Shown one piece after another: positions 11,610-25,699 of a stretch of DNA of 64,000 nucleotides (position 1 is its first letter; each line of letters starts with the position of its first letter). A program made the translations under genes and the position numbers. The stretch comes from Carcharhinus amblyrhynchos (taxonomy: Eukaryota): assembly GCA_965287045.1 (NCBI GenBank), contig OZ336873.1:56358001-56422000 (forward strand), given 5' to 3'. A model generated the notes under the pieces. It was given only the letters and a program-made list of their open reading frames with translations, was not told where the DNA came from and ran no database searches.

Positions 11610-11710
11610 TATGTGGGGTTGAGGGCATAGGGTCCGGGATGGGATTGTTGTCGGTGCAAACTCAATGGGCCAAACGGCCTCCTTCTGCACTGCAGGGATT
11701 CTATTCTATG
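11610..11710 (+). mobile_element. HE1-like SINE 3' fragment
   Basis: gtcggtgcaaactcaatgggccaaacggcctccttctgcactgcagggattctattctatg is a CR1-type stem-loop plus microsatellite tail. Confidence 0.6.
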
Positions 11711-11869
11711 TGGCACTTTGCAGTAGGAGGCTGTCCATTAGCTTTAATCTTTTCATTAAACATTCATTCCCTCCAGCACCTTTGCACCCAAGTAGCTGTA
11801 TGCACAATTACACGGTATACTGCAAAAATTTAAAAGTTTTCCTTGACAGATTAGGTTAGGACTTTATTC

Positions 11870-12115
11870 TCTGGAGCAGAGAAGGATGAGGGGAGATTTG
11901 ATAGAGGTGTATAAAATTATGATGGGTATAGATAGAGTGAATGCAAGCAAGCTTGTTTTCCACTGAAGCTAGGGGAGAAAAAAAACTAGAGGACATGGGT
12001 TAAGGATGAAGGGGGAAAAGTTTAAAGGGAATTGTTTGGGTGGGGGCGTCTTCACAAGAGAGTGGTGGGAGTGTAGAATGAGCTGCCAGATGAAGTGGTA
12101 AATGCGGGCCCACTT
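11870..12115 (+). mobile_element. CR1 LINE 3' fragment
   Basis: Encodes RRMRGDLIEVYKIMMG...TRGH. Confidence 0.75.
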
Positions 12116-12117
12116 AT

Positions 12118-12850
12118 GGCTGTCTGAACTGAGACGGCTCCGAATAGTAAGGTCTCCAAGACCGTATTTGACGATTTCATGTTTGTTGATGACAGAGAGC
12201 GAACTGCCAGACCCGATCTTGCCATCCATCGTAGCATGTGCGTGTGTTCTATTGCACGTGACAATGTTGGCTTCATGATCAGCGCAACGAAAACCGAAGC
12301 AACGTACCAGCTTGTTCCAGCGAAGCTCTATCTCAAGTTCGGTAGTCCACAGTGATTCATTTATCTTGATTGCCCTCTCTCTCGCTGCCCCCGCTCCCTT
12401 CTTTCTCGATCATCAGCAAAACGCCTGCAAGAATTGTAATCATTAAAACACCACAAACAGCAGTCATGTTATGAAGGCGATCAGTCTGCCTACCAGACTG
12501 AAATTCTATGGAGCAATGCTCCTCTCTATGCAGGCCATTGCGCTGGAAATTGTACTTCAGCCATGCCAAAAAGTTCGACGGCTTCAACTTGAGTTTTCCT
12601 TGGAAGCTTCTGAAGATTGGATGATCGTACAAAATACCAGACAATCATTGTTTGACCCGAGTTTGTATGTCAAACATCCGCACAATAAAGAGAGGTCACA
12701 ACTGAATTGAATTGGTCTGATGGCCAGAATGCCTGACACTCGTTCACCAAAGTTAATCTCCTATGGAGATTTTGAGTAAAGGGACTCCCACAGTCAAAAG
12801 GAACAGCTACGAGGACATTCTGAAGACTTTGCTTTGGCGTGTTAATATCG
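12118..12850 (+). mobile_element. RTE (BovB-like) LINE fragment, decayed
   Basis: KVSKTVFDDFMFVDD, GFMISATKTEATYQ and ISLPTRLKFYGAMLL match the RTE RT motifs LLFADD, FGLTISxKKTEVMYQ and GISLxTKLKVYRAVVL. Confidence 0.65.
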
Positions 12851-13201
12851 ACACTGATTCTTTTGTAACTCTATAGTTATTTTAAATTCCAACATATATT
12901 AGTTGAATGTGCTGTGTTATATTTAACACACAAATCACTTTCAAATATTGATTCTACATGTATTTTCTGTAGCTTTACGTTTGGCAAAACGATTCTGCAA
13001 TTTTAGTAGACTCATACCAAGCACAGCAACAACAAAAGCACACTATAACAAAGCAGTTGCCCTAACAAAACCACGTTGAAGAGCATCTGTTTTAATGAAG
13101 TTCTACATCCATTAGACTTCTGGACGAATGAGTGCACTTTCCCAGGCATCTCATTCTGTCTTATCTCAAGTAAAAGTAGAACTATTCTTAGTTATATTCT
13201 T

Positions 13202-13213
13202 TGTGTGCGTGTG

Positions 13214-13249
<36 letters not shown>
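13202..13249. repeat. (GT)n microsatellite
   Basis: Direct reading of the sequence. Confidence 0.95.
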
Positions 13250-13251
<2 letters not shown>

Positions 13252-13669
13252 CTCACACGCATTATGCACTATGTCAGTCCTTTGTAAATTGCTTTATTAC
13301 TTTTAAGGTTATAAGCAAGTTTATCACTCAATGTTTTGTTATAAAAATAAATTAACTCATCCCAAATAACCACTGAGCAAGGTAATATCAACTTTCTCAT
13401 CGCCTATGCAAAACAGAAAGTCGCTGATAAGAATCTGATTTGATTGCAAATAAATGGAATCTGAGACTATGAGCTCAAGATATCAATCATGGGGGCATGA
13501 CAACATTTTTCCCCCATTTTGAATGAAGATAGGGGAATAAAGATTGCATGAAATATATTACCTTAACAAGAAGTAAGTAAATTAACAAACTAACTTTGGT
13601 GACTGGACTTTTCCCACAAGTAACTGAAATCTTCGAGGGCTCCTCAGGGGACAGTAGTAAATATCAGCA

Positions 13670-15185
13670 CATATTTCCTTTGCTAAGAGGACCAAAACTG
13701 TCCACAGTATTCCCGTTGTTGTCTGCCTGGTGCTTTGTGTGGTTTTAGCAAGACTTCCCTATTTCACGCACAATTCATTTGAAATAAAATGCAACAATCC
13801 ATTTGCCTTCCCTATCACTTTCTGAATATTCAGGCAAGCTTTTTGTGATTTATGCCCGGGGACACCCAAATCCCTCTGGGTTGCAGCTTTCTTCAGTCTT
13901 TCTCCACTTAAACAACATAAGAACGTAAGAACACAAGAAATAGGAGCAGGAGCAAGCCATCTAGCCCTTCGAGCCTGTCCCGCCCTTCAGTAAGATCAAG
14001 GCTGATCTGAAATGGATCAGTTCCACTTTCCCGCTTTCTCCCCATGGCCCTTAATTCCCTTGTCTATCAAAAACCTATCTACCCGTGACTTAAATATATT
14101 TAGCGAGGAAGCCTCCACCACTTCAACGTGCAGAGAATTCCAGAGATTCACCACCCTTTGAATGAAGAAGTTCCTCCTCAACTCTGATCTAAACTGCACC
14201 CCCCCCCACCCCCCACTTATCTTAAGGCTGTGTCCTCTAGTCTTGCTATCCTTTCTAAGCAGGAAGAATCTCTCTACCTCGACCCTATCCATCCCCTTCA
14301 TTATCTTATACGTCTCTATAAGATCCCCCCTCATCCTCGTAAACTCCAACGAGTACAGACCCAGTCTATTTATTCTCTATAATCAATATTCAGCTCCTTT
14401 ATTTTTCCTGCTAACGTGCATAAATTCACATCCTCCTATATTGTATTCTAAATGTTTGCCCACTCACTTAAGCTATCTGTATCCTCTGTAGACTATTTGT
14501 GTCATCCACAACACTTGTCTTTTCATCTATTTTGTGTCATTAGCAAATTTGGTAATTGGACAATTACTTTGCTCATCTACGTCACTGATATATATTGTAA
14601 ATAATTGTGGCCCCAGCACTGATTCCTGTGACACTCCACCAGTTATATTTTGCCATCCTGAAAATGTCCTTCTTATTCCAAAACACTATCTTCCCGTAGG
14701 TTGCCGCCCCTCTATCCATGCTCATCTACTTGCTCGACACAATGGAATCTTACCATATGACATAGCCTTTTGTGCAGCATCTTATCGAATGGTTTTTGTA
14801 AATTCAAGTATGCTACATCTAAAGGTCCCTCTTTATTAATCCTGCTCATTATCACCTCAAAGAATTGTAATTATTTTTTCAGGAATATCTTCCTTTCACA
14901 AAGTCATAACTGACTCTGCTTTATTATGGTATGCATCCCTACACCCCCTGCTAAAACATACTTTATGATACGCTCTAACATTGTCCCAATAACAAATATT
15001 AAGCTAACTAGCGTATACTCATCTGATTTTCTCCACCTTCCTTTTTGAATGGTGTTACATTGGCAGTTTTTCGATCCTCAGGGAATGTTCCAGAACGTAA
15101 GGGTCTTGGAAACTTGCAATCAATGCACTTACTGTCTCTGTCGCTACTTCCTTTAAAATCCTAGGATGCAACCAATCAGGTTGCG
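13670..15185 (-). mobile_element. Old CR1 LINE fragment interrupted by a younger CR1
   Basis: Decayed minus-strand RT ([14 protein letters not shown]...KFAND) on both sides of 13916-14375. Confidence 0.7.
13916..14375 (-). mobile_element. Young CR1 (HER1-like) 3' end, nested
   Basis: ORF 14017-14349 RGDLIETYKIM...RVVNLWNSL; (TTCTTATG)n-type tail at 13916. Confidence 0.9.
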
Positions 15186-15629
15186 TGATCGTCTTATCTC
15201 GAAGATCGAGTAATATCACTTTCCTATCAATTCAAATTGCCCAAAACTATATCAAAAATATATTTCGTGGTACTCGGGTGTCAACAGATGATATAATTCA
15301 TACATGATCTGGAAACATTCTCCATCGTCTGGATTGAAACGAATAGAGAACTGATTGCAGCGTTATTCTCATTTGTAGGGTTGCAATGCAGTTCATTTTT
15401 AAAGGAATGTAAACGTGATTATGTGGCTGTACGAACTTGTATACTTGCCTACGTTGAACAATTACAAACGTTTTCAAGAAGACGCATTTGCAATATGAAT
15501 TCTTCTGCCATGACATATTTTAAAATGTTCATGGCGAAACCACGGAATTGTTATGGTACAAAAAGAGACCATTTGTCTCATCGTATCTGCGTCAGATCTA
15601 AAAATGAGCCCCATGCTTGAGTGCAATTC

Positions 15630-18420
15630 ACCTGCATTTGCCCCCTGGCTCTGCATTTTTTCTATTCAAATAATCACCTAATGCTCTTTCGAATGCCTCT
15701 GTTGAATCGACATCCACCTCGCTTCCAGGCAGCGCATTCCAGACCAGAAGCATTCATTTTCCGAAGAGATATTTTCTCACATCACATTTGGTTCTTTTGA
15801 AAATTGCTTTAAACCTGTGCCCTCTCGTTACTGATCCTTTTACGAACAGGAACAGTTTGGCTCTATTTACACTGTACAGCCCTCTCATGATTTTGAACAT
15901 CTCTATTAAATTTCCTCTGAGCTGCATTCTCTCCAAGGAGAACAATCATAACCGCTCACATCTGTCCTCATAACTGATGTTTCTCTCTCTTCAGACATTC
16001 TTGTAAACCTTTTCTGCGCTCTCCAATGCGTTCATACTGTTCCCATAATGTGGCACCCAGAACTGTATAGAATTTTCCAGCTGAGATCTAATTAGTGTCA
16101 GTTTAACCTCCTTGTATACGTACTCCAAGCACGTATTAATCGAGTTCAGAATACTATATGCTTTAGTAAATGTTCTCTACACCTTTCCTAACGATCTATT
16201 CATATATACACCCAGGTTGATCTTCTCCTGCATCCCTTTAAGAATTTTACCCCTTACTTCATTTTGTCTCTCCATGCTCCTCCGACAAAAATACATCCCC
16301 TCACATTTCTCCATACTTAATGTTATCTACCACTTATCTACCCATTCCAGCAATTTATCTGAAATTTTCCACTACTCTTTGATTTGATTTGATTTATTAT
16401 TGTCACATGTATTAGCAGACAGTGAATGGCTTTGTTTCTTGTTCCTTGCGCGCTATACAGACAGAGAATATCGTTCGTGGAGAAGGAAACGAAAGAGTGC
16501 AAAATGTAATGTTATAGTCATAGCTAGGGTGTAGAGAAAGATCAACTTAATGCAAGGTACGTCCATTCAAATGTCCGACAGCAGAGGGAAGAAGCTGTTT
16601 TTGAGTTGTTTGATACTGACCTCAGACTTTGCTATCTTTTTCCCGACGAAAGAAGGTGGAAGAGAGAACGTCCAGAATGAGTGGGGCCCCTGATTACGCT
16701 GGCTGCTTTGCGGAGGCAGGGGGAAGCGTAGACAGAGTGTACTCATCACAGTTTACAATAATTATGGTTTTGTATCATCTGCAAACTTTGGAATTATCCC
16801 CTGACACCAAGGTCTGGATAGTTAACATTTCTCAGGAAATGCAAGGCTCTTAATACCAACACCTGGGGAACATAACTATAAATTTTTCTTCAGTCCGAAA
16901 AATATCCATTAACAATTACATTTTGCTTCCTATTATTCAACCAATTTTGTATAGCCGCTATAACTCTCCCTTTTATTCCATGAGCTATAACTTTTCCCAC
17001 AAGTGTGTTGTATGGCTCTGCATCAAAAACCTTCTGAAAATCCATTTATACGATAGCAACACCATTGCACTCATTGATCCTTTCTGTTATTCCTCACGCC
17101 ACCCCTTCCCTCAAAAAACTCCAGCAAGTTAGTTTCGCATGACTTCCCCTTCCGAAATCTATTTTGGATCTTCCTAACAGCGCACATGTATCCCATCGGA
17201 CTACCAATTTTATCCCGAAAAATTGTTTCTAGAAGCTTGCCCATTACGAATGTTAGCAATTATTGACTGGCCAATAATTGCTGGGGCTATTTTTACAATC
17301 TTTTTTGGACAAGTGCATAACATTGCCAATTCTCTGTCCTCTGACACCACCTCTGACTCCAGAGAAGACTTGATTGTTTTGACCATTCTCACTTTCTTCA
17401 AAGTATTTGGATACATTCCATCTATTCCGGCTGCCTTGTCGACTTTCAACTCTCAGTCTATTCCATGCTTTCTGAGTATCAATTTTGATCTCCTCTAGGG
17501 GCCGAATTTCCTTGTCTGCGACCAAGTCCTGGACAGTATTATCCGCTTGGTAAAGATGGATACAATAGATGCCCCTGCCTCCATGTGTATATTCCCTTTC
17601 AGCCCTACTGCTTTTACAACCTTTTCACTATTTGTATGCTTCGAGAAGTATTTTGGATTCCCCTTTATGTTTGCTGCCAACCCTTTCTCAAATACCTCTC
17701 CGCTTTTTTATTGTGCTGATTGCTTCCCCTCTGAACCTTCTGCATTTCTCCCGGCCCTCAACTCTATTTTCACCTGACACTATTTCTTCTGTATCCTAAC
17801 TTATATCATCTTTTTCATCCAGGGAGATCTCGATTTTTTTGCCCTTGTTTTCCCCTTTAGAAAATATACCTTGACCGTGCCCAGATAATTTATACTTTGG
17901 AAGCAACGTATTGTTCAGCTCCAGCTCTTTCCCGCCAATATTTGGTTGCAGTCTAAGCGGCCAAGCATTGTTCTTGACGCATTGAAGTTGCCTATCTCGC
18001 AGTTTAGTAATTTTATCATTGATTACCCTTCCCATCATCATCTTAAAACTTCTGATACAAGGTCACTGTCTCCTAAATGTCTTCCCTTTGACACTAGATC
18101 TAATTTATCCACCTCATTTCAAAGAACTAGGTCCAACATTGCGTCCTTTCTTCGTGAACTGGACAGATACTGCTGTTGAAAATTTTCCTAAACACGCTAC
18201 AAGAATTTTTGCCCGTCTCCACCTGTTACGTTATTACCATTCTAGCCTACCGTTGACTAATTAAAGTCACCCATTAAAACTGCTCAATAATGTTTGTACT
18301 TTTCTCAATTTTTCTATTCCTATACATACTTCTCGGTAACTGGCGAAATGTAGCGTTCACCGAAGAACATACCTGCACACTATGCTCTTTGTTTTTCTTC
18401 CATTCTGCCCTTTTTCTGCA
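15630..18420 (-). mobile_element. CR1 LINE, decayed, ~2.8 kb
   Basis: RGNLIEMFKIM, GKSCETNLLEFF and DKAAGIDGMYP fragments in several frames. Confidence 0.8.
16381..16740 (-). mobile_element. Rex1/Babar-like LINE 3' end nested in CR1
   Basis: KNSFFP C-terminal motif; aataaatcaaatcaaatc tail; related copy at 24195-24445. Confidence 0.6.
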
Positions 18421-19699
18421 AATATATTTTTACATTGGATTTCCTCTTTTAATAATCATAGATTCGTATAGTGATAGAATGCCACGCCACATAATTTGGC
18501 TTTAGGGTTGGATCTGCAAATTCGGGTTTAATTGATTCCTACACTCGACTTCATGATCTCCCACCGCACCTCCCCCGCCCCCACCCCCCCCCCCCCCCCC
18601 CACCCCCCGGCCACCACCATCTCGAATAATTCTTCAGGTAAAATGGAAATTTGATTTTATACCCACTTCTACCATTCTTTCAAGTAGCACATTCTAAAAC
18701 TTAAATCCGTTTGAAAACAGTTCTCCTACTTTCCATTTATATTCTGTTCCCAACTATTTTGCCAAATTTCTGCGACCTTGAGTTACCGACGCAATCGTTC
18801 CAAATTAGGTGTTTTATAATTTCGGTCTCTATTGTTTTGACAAACTGATCGCGAATTATAGGATATTTCAGAAACGGCAGCTTTAGATGTGCATATGTTC
18901 CAATGATCACCCATTCTCTAGAAACGTAGGAAATCAGTGGAGATTTTGTGGCTTGATGCAGTTCTCAAGTTTGTCTGCAACAGCGGGACATACACGTTAC
19001 ATTCCCCAGCTAAATAAAGAATGCGGTCCATTAGTTCACTTCTCCGCAGCAACGGTTTAATTCTAAATTTAGTTCGTTGCAACATCCTAGGAAACCACCG
19101 CATGCATATGAACAAGATTAATTTTCGTATTTCATTTCTTAGCTTCTAGAATATGAAATCCTTTATCCTGAATATATCATATCTAATCGTTTCTTTCTAT
19201 TTCTCGATATTATACAAAATACGCAATTAATCGCCGTATGTTTTTCTCAATCCTGACGCTTTGTGGGTTTTTTTTGTGTGACTTGTCTACTACGACGACA
19301 TTTCTTGAATGTTTTGTACCAAATTTCTCCATGCACTACATCAAGCTTCCGGTGATCATATGGGATCCAACCATGTTTTCGTTGATTAGTATGGCAAAGG
19401 CCGAGCAGGTTTTCCATAATTATTACTGTTTTAGGCTAATGCTGCTGATCAAGGTTGCCCATTGTGATTACATTGTTCATGATATTTAATCTCGGCTAAA
19501 GCTGGAGGGTTCCTCTCAAGCCTATATAGCCATGTATTGAATGGGAACACCTGCTCCAGAGATTTCTCGCTGAATGCGCTTACTTGTCCGGAAAGACGAT
19601 GCCACTTACAACTGCTATTGTAGCTTCTTTTCAGAAAAACGGCAGACACTTGATTGGGCTGCTTGCACACTAATTGGAGACTGATACAATGTAAGTCAT

Positions 19700-21190
19700 T
19701 TTCTCTCCATAAAGATCACCGACTGCTGTGTGAGATTCTTAATGGCCAGATAAATGCAACAGATTATACCTTTTATAAGATGCAACATAATGATGGCTGG
19801 GAATCCAATTAACTTATCTACCTGTTGCACTAATAGATTTGGTTATGAACAGTATCATTTGCCTTCTCGAGCCTGAAATTGTTCACTTCCTAGGTGCAAC
19901 GAAGAATTGCAAGCTGGGAGATTTCATACACATTCTTAGTGGATTAATGGAAAGATGTGGAACCATATATGTTGGGAAAGATGTCACTGGAAGTGTTGTC
20001 CAACAAATCCCATTGATCTCCGCTCGACTTGCAGAATTGTGAATAGATCAAAGATGACCTCTGTGGCCTTTGGAGAGCCCCTATGGATCAACCCCACGCC
20101 GGGTGGTCCTACCATTCTTTTGGAAGATTTTGGCAGCACAATTCTGTCAAAACATGCCAAAAAATACCAATTCCGTTGGTAGCAAGTGCATCGCCCCCAT
20201 CAACACCCACATCCCTCCTTCCACCTCCCCCCGCGCCCCCCCCCCCACCCCCGCCACCACCAACAGCGCCAATGAACACCACCCATTACGCAGTATGCAT
20301 GTTGGTGGCAGAGCTTCCTGCCTTCCATCTATTGGCGACATTTCCCTCCGAGGACTTCAGCCTCTGGTAGGCAACGCCTCCGCTCTCCACTTAGCTTTTC
20401 ACTTGCTCCGCAACTTATCTTTCAGAACGAATGGCTGGTGGATATTCCGCCTCACTACAGTATGAAATCGATGTTCTTTCCCATTCTTTGTCACAATGGG
20501 AGGCAAGTTCGCAACAGTTTGCTTCTTGTTGAGTCGATCAAGGCTACACTTACGCTCCTCTCCCATATCAAACATCAACCTACCCTGCTGTTACAGGTCC
20601 CATAAATTCTACGCTCACCCCTACGGTAGGACCGAATTGCGTGATTGTTTTATGTGTAAGCATAATGCTTATAATGCATCATTTAACAGCTTGATTGTTA
20701 ATTTCTGGAACTGTGAGCCCTCACTATACGGCGAACACGGGGTAGAAGACATTAATGGAGGGCGTAGAATGAGACTAATGGTGAATGCCTTAATGTAATG
20801 ACGTGATCAATGGGGATAAAAGGCCTACACGGCTACCTCTATGAGAAGACTAAATCGCTTCTGCCGACAGTTTAAGGCATGTTAAGAGGAACATGAGCTT
20901 GTGAGTGAGTGGCGTTTTTCCATGGCATGTACACCAATGTTTAGTAACTTCGGTAACACGAGTGCATTTGCACATGCTGCCTGGTCTGGAGCACCCGCTC
21001 CACTCCTTTTCAGGGACATGGAGAAAACGTTGAGCCCATTAAAATTGTGATGTTTCAATGCTATTGCCCCGGTTTCTGTGTACTACGACGATACGCGAGT
21101 AACACGCTGGGGCGTAGTGCAGGGATTCCTCGCATTTACTGAAGAATTTGAACCGCATTTTCAGAGAGGGTTGAATGTTGAGTCTTTAAA
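19700..21190 (-). mobile_element. Gypsy-like LTR retrotransposon pol relic (RNase H/integrase)
   Basis: Minus-strand fragments FSKCEESLHYAP (F..LK..L..AP), VTEVTKHW (RNase H) and IDF...KW..EALPT (integrase) occur in Gypsy order; many stops and frameshifts. Confidence 0.5.
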
Positions 21191-23614
21191 CTTGTAATCA
21201 TAGAATCATGGAATCATACATTGAAGAGGCTCTGCCGCCCATTGAGCCTGAATCGACATATTAGAAACACCTGAACTCCCACCTAATCTCATCAGCCGGC
21301 ACTTGGTCCATAACCCTGAATGTTATGACGTGCCAACCGCTCATCCAGGTGCATTTTAAAGTATGTGAAACAACCCGCCTTGACCACCCTCCGAGGGGTG
21401 CATACCAGGCCGTCACCATCCCCTGGGTAAAAAAAGGGTTTTCCTCACATCCCCACTAAATCTCCTGCCCCTCACCTTGAACCTATGGCTTCTTGCGACT
21501 GACCCTTCAACTAACGGAACTTCCTACCCATTCTGTCCATGCCCTTCATTACCCTGTACACCTCAATCAAGTCGCCCCTCAGTCATCGCTGCTCCAACGA
21601 ATACAAGCCTATCCACCCCCCCTTCATAACATTAAATGTTCCATTTCAGGCAGCATCCTGGTGAATCTCCTCTGCACCTCATCGAGTGCAATCAAATCTT
21701 ACTATAATGTGGTGAACAGAACTGCACACAATACTCTAGCTGTGTTCTCACCAAAATTCTAAGCAACTCCAAGATTACTTTCCTGCTTTTGTAATCTATG
21801 CCTCGATTGATAAAGGCAAGTGTCCCATATGCATTTTCACCACTTTACTAATATGCCCTTCCGGCTCCAGAGATCTGTGGATAAACACGCCAAAGTCCCT
21901 TCATTCCACAGAACATTCTAGCGTCGACCATTCATTGAATGCTTCTTTATCAAATTACTCTTTCTGATGTGTATCCCCTTCCACTTTTCAGGGTTAAATT
22001 CCATGTGCCACTTATCCGCCCATTTGATAACTCCATTTATAAATTCTTATAGGTAGTTAACGTCGCTGCTAACCACCTGAAAAATCTTGGTGTCATCTGC
22101 AACTTATTAATGCTTCCCCACAAAGTCATCTATGCCATTTCCAAAAACGACAGGTAATATAGGATCCAACACGGATCCCTGTGGTATGCAAATCGACTAT
22201 GGCTTCCAGTCACTAAAGCAGCCTTCTGCTATCTCTCTCTCATACAATAGAACCGATTCTGAACCCACTTTATCAAATTGTCCTGTATCCCATGTGTGTT
22301 TACCTTCTTTACAAATCTCCCATATGGAACACTGTCAAAGGTTTTGCTGAAATCCATTTTAACTACGTCAACAGCACTACCTGCGTTCACACACCTGGTA
22401 ACCGCCTCAAAAAAATCAATCAAATTTGTTAGGCATGATCCCACCCTCCCCCTCCCCCCCCCCGCTACCCCACGTGCCCCGACGAAGCAGCAATGACTAT
22501 CCAAGTGGACATGGATGCTATCCTTCAGAATTTTCTCTAAAGGTTTCCCTTCACTGGCAGTTAGTTATTTGAATTATTTCAGCAATCCTTCTTAAAGAGT
22601 GAAACAGCATTCGCCGTTCTCCAGTCATCTGACAACACCTCGCGGCCAGAAAGGAATGGAAAATTTGGGTCAGAACTCCTGCAATCTCCTCCCTTGTCTC
22701 CCAGAGCAGCCTAGGGCACAATCCATGGGGTCTGGAGCTTTATTCTCTTTCAAAGGTTGCCATCGCTTCCATTACCTTGTCCTTCCCTATGTCAGTTTCC
22801 TCAAGAACCTCACAGTCCCTTTCCCTGAATCCCATACCATCGTCCTCATTGTCTTGTGTGACAAAGGATTTATTCAAACTTTACCAATTTCCTCTGGTGC
22901 CACCTATGGATTGCCCTCTTGGTCCCTAATGGGCCCCACTCCTTCCCTCATTTACATCTTCCAATTGATAATATAAGAGGATATCCTGAGATTTTCTCTT
23001 CTTTTACCAGACTGAAATTTCGCATACCCCCTTTACGCTTTCCTAATTTCTTCCGTAAACTCCATCCTGCACTTCCTATACCTCACTAATGCTTCCACTG
23101 ATTTGCTTCCCTTTTACTTTTTAAAAAGGCTTTCTTTTCCTTCTCATTGTATTGTGAATATCTCTGGTCATCCATGGTTCTCTTAGCTTTTTTATCCCTT
23201 CCTATCACTCTAGGGGGAACATGCAGGACGTGTACCCTCCCCATTTCATTTTTGAATGCCTCTCCCCCTCCCCCATCACATTGCTCATCAGAAGATTTTG
23301 TCATTAGCAGATGTTCCCAGTCTATATTGGCCAGATCCTGAACTATTTTACTAAAATCCGCTCTCCCCAATCTAAAGCCCTTTTTGCAGCTTATTTCCTT
23401 GTCCATAACAAGTTTGAATTGTACCATGTTGTGACCATTATCAATAAAATGCTCCCTCACCAGTTCCTCAACCTCTTGTTTGGCTTTATTCCACATAATT
23501 GGGTCCAGCATAGATCGTTCCCTTGTTGGGCCCTCTACATGTTGATCTGCAAAGTTCTGCTGCACATATTTCAAGTAGTCTATTCCATCCAAGCCCTTCA
23601 CTCTATGTATATTC

Positions 23615-23900
23615 CATTTAATGGTTGCTACGAGAGGACACAGGTTTAAGGTGCTGGGGAGGAGGTACAGAGGAGATATCAGTAGTAAGTTTTTCATTCA
23701 GAGGGTGGTGGGAAAGTGGAATCGGCTGCCGTCTGTGGTGGTGGAGGCAAATACGATAGGGTCTTTCAAGACACTTTTGGATGAGTACATGGAAATTAAC
23801 AGAATTAAGAGTTATAGGTAAGCCTAGTAGGCATGGAAAACATCGATATAACTTGTGTGCCAAAGGGCCTGTTTGTGCTGTAGTTTTTCTATGTTCTAAT
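23615..23900 (+). mobile_element. CR1 3' fragment nested antisense
   Basis: TRGHRFKV...FFIQRVVGKWN; ttctatgttcta tail. Confidence 0.8.
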
Positions 23901-24194
23901 GTTGGGAAACTTGGAACCATCTAATATAATAATCATATTGATACTGTTTTACACACATCTGCAAACTTGAGCACATATTTTTCCTCAATGTCCCTGTTCT
24001 ATTCTTAAGCTCTATCTACAAAGTTTTATCAGATTCCCTTTCCAAAATTGATTCCTTAGTTAATCATGCAATGCCTCTTCCTCTTTTATCTCCTCCTCTG
24101 TCCTGTTTGAAGACTCTATATCCTAGATGTTGAGTTGCCAATCGTGCCCTTCCCTCAACCATGTCCCTGTGATGGCAACTATATCACATTATGT

Positions 24195-24445
24195 ACGTAC
24201 CAATCAATTCAACCGAATCAAGGGATTCAAGAACAGTAACTTTCCTGCTGCCGTCAGACCTTTGAATGGGGCCTATCTCATACTGAGTTGATCATTAGCT
24301 ATATCCTAGCCATGACTGTAACACCACATTCTGTGCCCTCTCCTTTCTTTCTTTATATATGGTATGCTTTACTTGTATAGCATGAAACAAACAATACCTT
24401 TCACTGTATAATAATACATATAACAATAATAAATCAAATCAAAAG
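24195..24445 (+). mobile_element. Rex1/Babar-like LINE 3' end
   Basis: ttcaagaacag...ttcctgctgccgtcagac; aataaatcaaatcaaa tail. Confidence 0.6.
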
Positions 24446-25699
24446 TATCAACTTCAATTCATTTTTACCTGCAATTCTCCTAGCGTTGAAATAGAGACCA
24501 TCCAACCTGGTCTTACTCCCTTGTAACTTAAAACAGCTGCAACCCCTCTGACTTGATTGTTTTACTGTATGATTTGGTGCCCTTATTCAGTGCCCTCCCC
24601 CCACCACCGCCGCCCACCGCCATCCACCACCACCCCCCCCCTCCGGCTCCGCCCACCTTACCCCCGCCATGTTAATTTAAACTCCGCCCAACAGCATTAG
24701 TAAGAATGTTAGTTCCAATCTGATTCAGATATAGAACACTCTCTTATACAGGTCGCACCTTCCCCAGAAATTGTCCCAGTGATCCAGCAGTCTGAAACCT
24801 TCCTTCTGCACCAACTCTTAAGCCACGCATTAATCTGCACCATCCTACTATTTCTGTGATTGCTAGTACATGGCATTCGTATTTCAATTCGACAGGTCCT
24901 GCTTTTTAATCTAATACCGAACTTCCCGAACATTTGTTGCAAGGCCCCACCCCTCTTTTTATTATTGGTACCAATATGTACCATGACCTCGCCTAATCAC
25001 TCTCCCCCTTCAATATACAATGTAGCCGTTCAGTAACATCACGGACCCTAGCATTAGAAAGGCCAGCTATCATCCTAGAGTCACGTTGATGGATACAGTA
25101 GCGCCTATCTCTCACCCAATTATATAATCCCCTATTACCATTGCGCTGCTACTCTCCCCTCCCCCTCTTATACAGATAGGCTGCTTGTGGTCCCATAAGC
25201 TTCGCTCTGCCAACACCACCTGGAGGAACCAGCGCCCCCATCAGGCTCTAAAATAGAGTACCGATTTGCAATCAAGCCATCAGGGGGCTCCTGAACTACC
25301 GTTCTACATCTCTTGGACTGCCTGATGGTCATCCTTCCTTCCACAAATCCCTTCAGCTGCGTTGCAAACACCTTCCTAAATGTGCTATCCACGATGTTCT
25401 AAGATTCCCGGGTGCTCCACGATGTCTCCAGCTTTGGCTCCAGTTCCGAAACCCGAGCTTCAAGGAGCTGCAGCTGCTCCCTCTTTAGCACACATGACGG
25501 CCCCGGGCACTGGAAATGTGCCCGGCCTCCCACATGGAGTAAGAAGAACAAACCACTGCTCTGAGCTCTGTCACATTGCAGAGATTGCTTTGGAAATGTG
25601 CCCTTACATTGGAAGAAATTAAATGCTACCCATTATTCAAAGAGAAAACAGTGAATAAGAAACAAGTTAACCTGACCTCAGGAATGGGGAAAAGACATG

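Larger units (their letters stand above)
21195..25620 (-). mobile_element. Near full-length decayed CR1 LINE (ORF1 esterase, endonuclease, RT) with nested insertions
   Basis: ORF1 VHIGTNN...NAWLKSWC (24709-24984); endonuclease PTRERSMLDP; RT CLTNLIDFF...DFSKTFDSVP; (ttctatga)n tail at 21195. Confidence 0.82.
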
